Positions 62,028-64,000 of a stretch of DNA of 64,000 bases are shown here, piece by piece. Each line of letters begins with the position of its first letter. Position 1 is the first letter of the stretch. The DNA lies in NCBI GenBank assembly GCA_028534125.1, contig CM052846.1, forward strand, positions 496,001 to 560,000, given 5' to 3'. Origin of the DNA: Lama glama. Lineage: Eukaryota. The notes below the pieces were generated by a model that saw nothing but the letters and a program-made list of their open reading frames with translations, did not search any database and had not been told where the DNA came from. A program made the position numbers and the translations under genes.

Positions 62028-62336
62028 TTTTTACATCAAAGCATAATTGACTTACAATTTTATATTAATTTTATATTAATTCCAGGCGTATAACATAGCG
62101 ATGCGCTATTCCTATACGTTCCGAAATGATCACCAGGATAAGGCCGGTCACCGCCGGTCACCGTGCATGGTCACTGCTGGGATGCTGACTGCGCTCCGCG
62201 TGCTGCGCGGCACGGCCCCACGACAGAGTCACTGTGTTACTGGAAGTTTGCGCCTCTTGGCCCCCTTCACCCATTTCGCCCGTAATACCCCCCTCCTCTC
62301 CGGGGCGGCCACCTCCTGGTTCTCTGCTTCTAGGAG
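62028..62336 (-). mobile_element. L1MA9-like 3' end, strongly GC-shifted
   Basis: ataattgacttacaattttatatt...gaaatgatcacca...actggaagtttgcgcctcttggcccccttcacccatttc. Confidence 0.8.
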
Positions 62337-64000
62337 CCTCCTTGAGCCTCAGACTGTCTTGGGCGCCAAGTGACCTGGTGCGTTTAGAACTTCAGCCCCG
62401 GGTCTGACGCATGGTGGTCCTTGCCGTCTGTGTAGTTACTGCTAAGGACAGCGTGGTAACTGCATTCCTGAGAGCGCATCGCAGTTCATTCTGTAGATTT
62501 GGGACTGACGTCATATCTTCTTCAACACGCTTTTTCCCGACAAAGTGCATCACTGGAACACACCCTGCTTTTGGATGGGGGTGGTGGCTGTGTGGTCCTG
62601 CAGGGCGCTCCGGGTGGTGAGGGCTGAGGGTTCAACAGGAGCCGGTTGTGTGGAGCTGAGGGGCCGGGGGAGCGTCGTGGAGAGACAGCACGCGTTCTGC
62701 TGGGAGAAGGTGTTCTGCTTCCGGTGTGTCTGGGGCTCGCGGAGGACAACCGCTGACAAGGAACTGCGTTGTGTGTCGTGCGTCTGTCACAGGGTCGTAA
62801 GATGCTCGGAGCTACTGGGAGACCAAGCGCGACCCCAGGCGGGTCTCCTGTGGGCTTGGAGAAGCAGGCAGAGAGCCAGCGATGTGTCTCCACGGGCACG
62901 TCTCACTGCGGGGTGATCCCCCAGGCCGCCCTGTCCACGGTGGCTCGGCAGGACGGCCACGTGCACGCTGCGCCTTGGCATCACACCATCCATCACAGAG
63001 TCATTGTCATTCATCCTGCGCCTGACCTCTCCTCCCCTCTCTCTTCCCTAGACTTCTCCTTGCGCAGGTCCCGCCAGTGGGTAAACCTTCCCAGGCTGCA
63101 CCCCCGTGCTGGGGAAATCGGCTGGCTCTGCTAAGTGTGATTGGAGCCGTTTGTTTTTAAGCTGCACGTAAGCATCGGTGAGATTCATCGCACTTTCCTT
63201 CTTGCAGAATCGACCCACTGGGAGCCATTACAGTTTTATTGCTCTCTGCTGTTGCCTGGCCAGAGTGGAACTGGGGGGACCTGCGGTTGGAAGAGCTTTT
63301 CCTCCTATTGGCTAATTCCCGGGGAACATGGGGGCGGGGAATAGAGGGGGAGCTTCTTGCGTTCAGTCCCCTTGTTTGGTCCCGATCCTTTCCCAAACTG
63401 CCCTGAACGTTCGGGATGACATCCCCCCATGTAATCTGTGCTGCGTGCTGACCCCCACCCCCAGGACCTCCCCAGGTCTCGGCCCTTCCGGGAAGTCTTG
63501 TCTTGATCCAGTGAAGGCCAAGGGTGTCCCTGCTTCTCCCCTCGCCCCTCGGCTGGGCCCCGGCTGCTTCGCTGTAGGGACCTTTGTCGCAGATTTTGAT
63601 ACTTCTTTTCCTTCTGACTCGCGGCTGCCTCGTGTTGTCGGCAAACGCACAGGTGGGCTCGTCATGACCCTCCAGAGGCAGATCCCTGCGTCTGGAGGAA
63701 GCACTAGAAGCTTCCAGTTTCTCAGGTTCACGGCGTGATGGGGGCACCTCACTCCTGCCCCCGGGGCAGCGGGGCGGCCAGGGCTGTTCCTACTCCAGGT
63801 TAAGAAAGGAAGATGCTCGGTGAGGACGTCAGCTGCCTCCTGCTCTGACCGGGCCTTAAATGCAATACCAGACACGCGGACGTGGCCTGGGTTCTGCTGG
63901 GACAGGCGTCCTTATTCATCCATCAGTAACAGCTGTGTTTACCGTGTGCTGGGCCCCTGGGTCGTCCTGGACCACAGACACACAGGCCCTGAAATGCTGT

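Noticed and set aside
12949-62077. Scattered 9-14 bp tandem duplications (12949, 25328, 51488, 62056)
   Set aside because: Unrelated in sequence and ordinary slippage products, not a system.

Overview
This window is mammalian non-coding DNA, not prokaryotic or viral. A tRNA-Ala-derived SINE matching the camelid vic-1 type (27235-27372) and cetartiodactyl-type L1 3' ends point to a camel or alpaca genome. It is GC- and CpG-rich, subtelomere-like, and contains three assembly gaps (178 N, 500 N, 500 N). I found no supportable protein-coding exon. The ORF track consists of chance ORFs in GC-rich DNA, N-spanning artefacts and decayed L1 ORF1 remnants. A large part of the window is transposon fossils, several of them nested: L1 of several ages (mostly minus strand), L2, MIR, CR1/L3, MLT1/MLT2 LTRs and a MER119-like hAT element. 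Two signals stand out. First, paralogous L1 copies differ by strongly one-directional A/T-to-G/C changes, consistent with patchy GC-biased gene conversion. Second, several unique AT-rich islands packed with homeodomain, GATA or TCF motifs look like developmental enhancers. I do not see a novel biological system. Repeat family names come from recalled consensus sequences, boundaries of old repeats are approximate, and no search was run.
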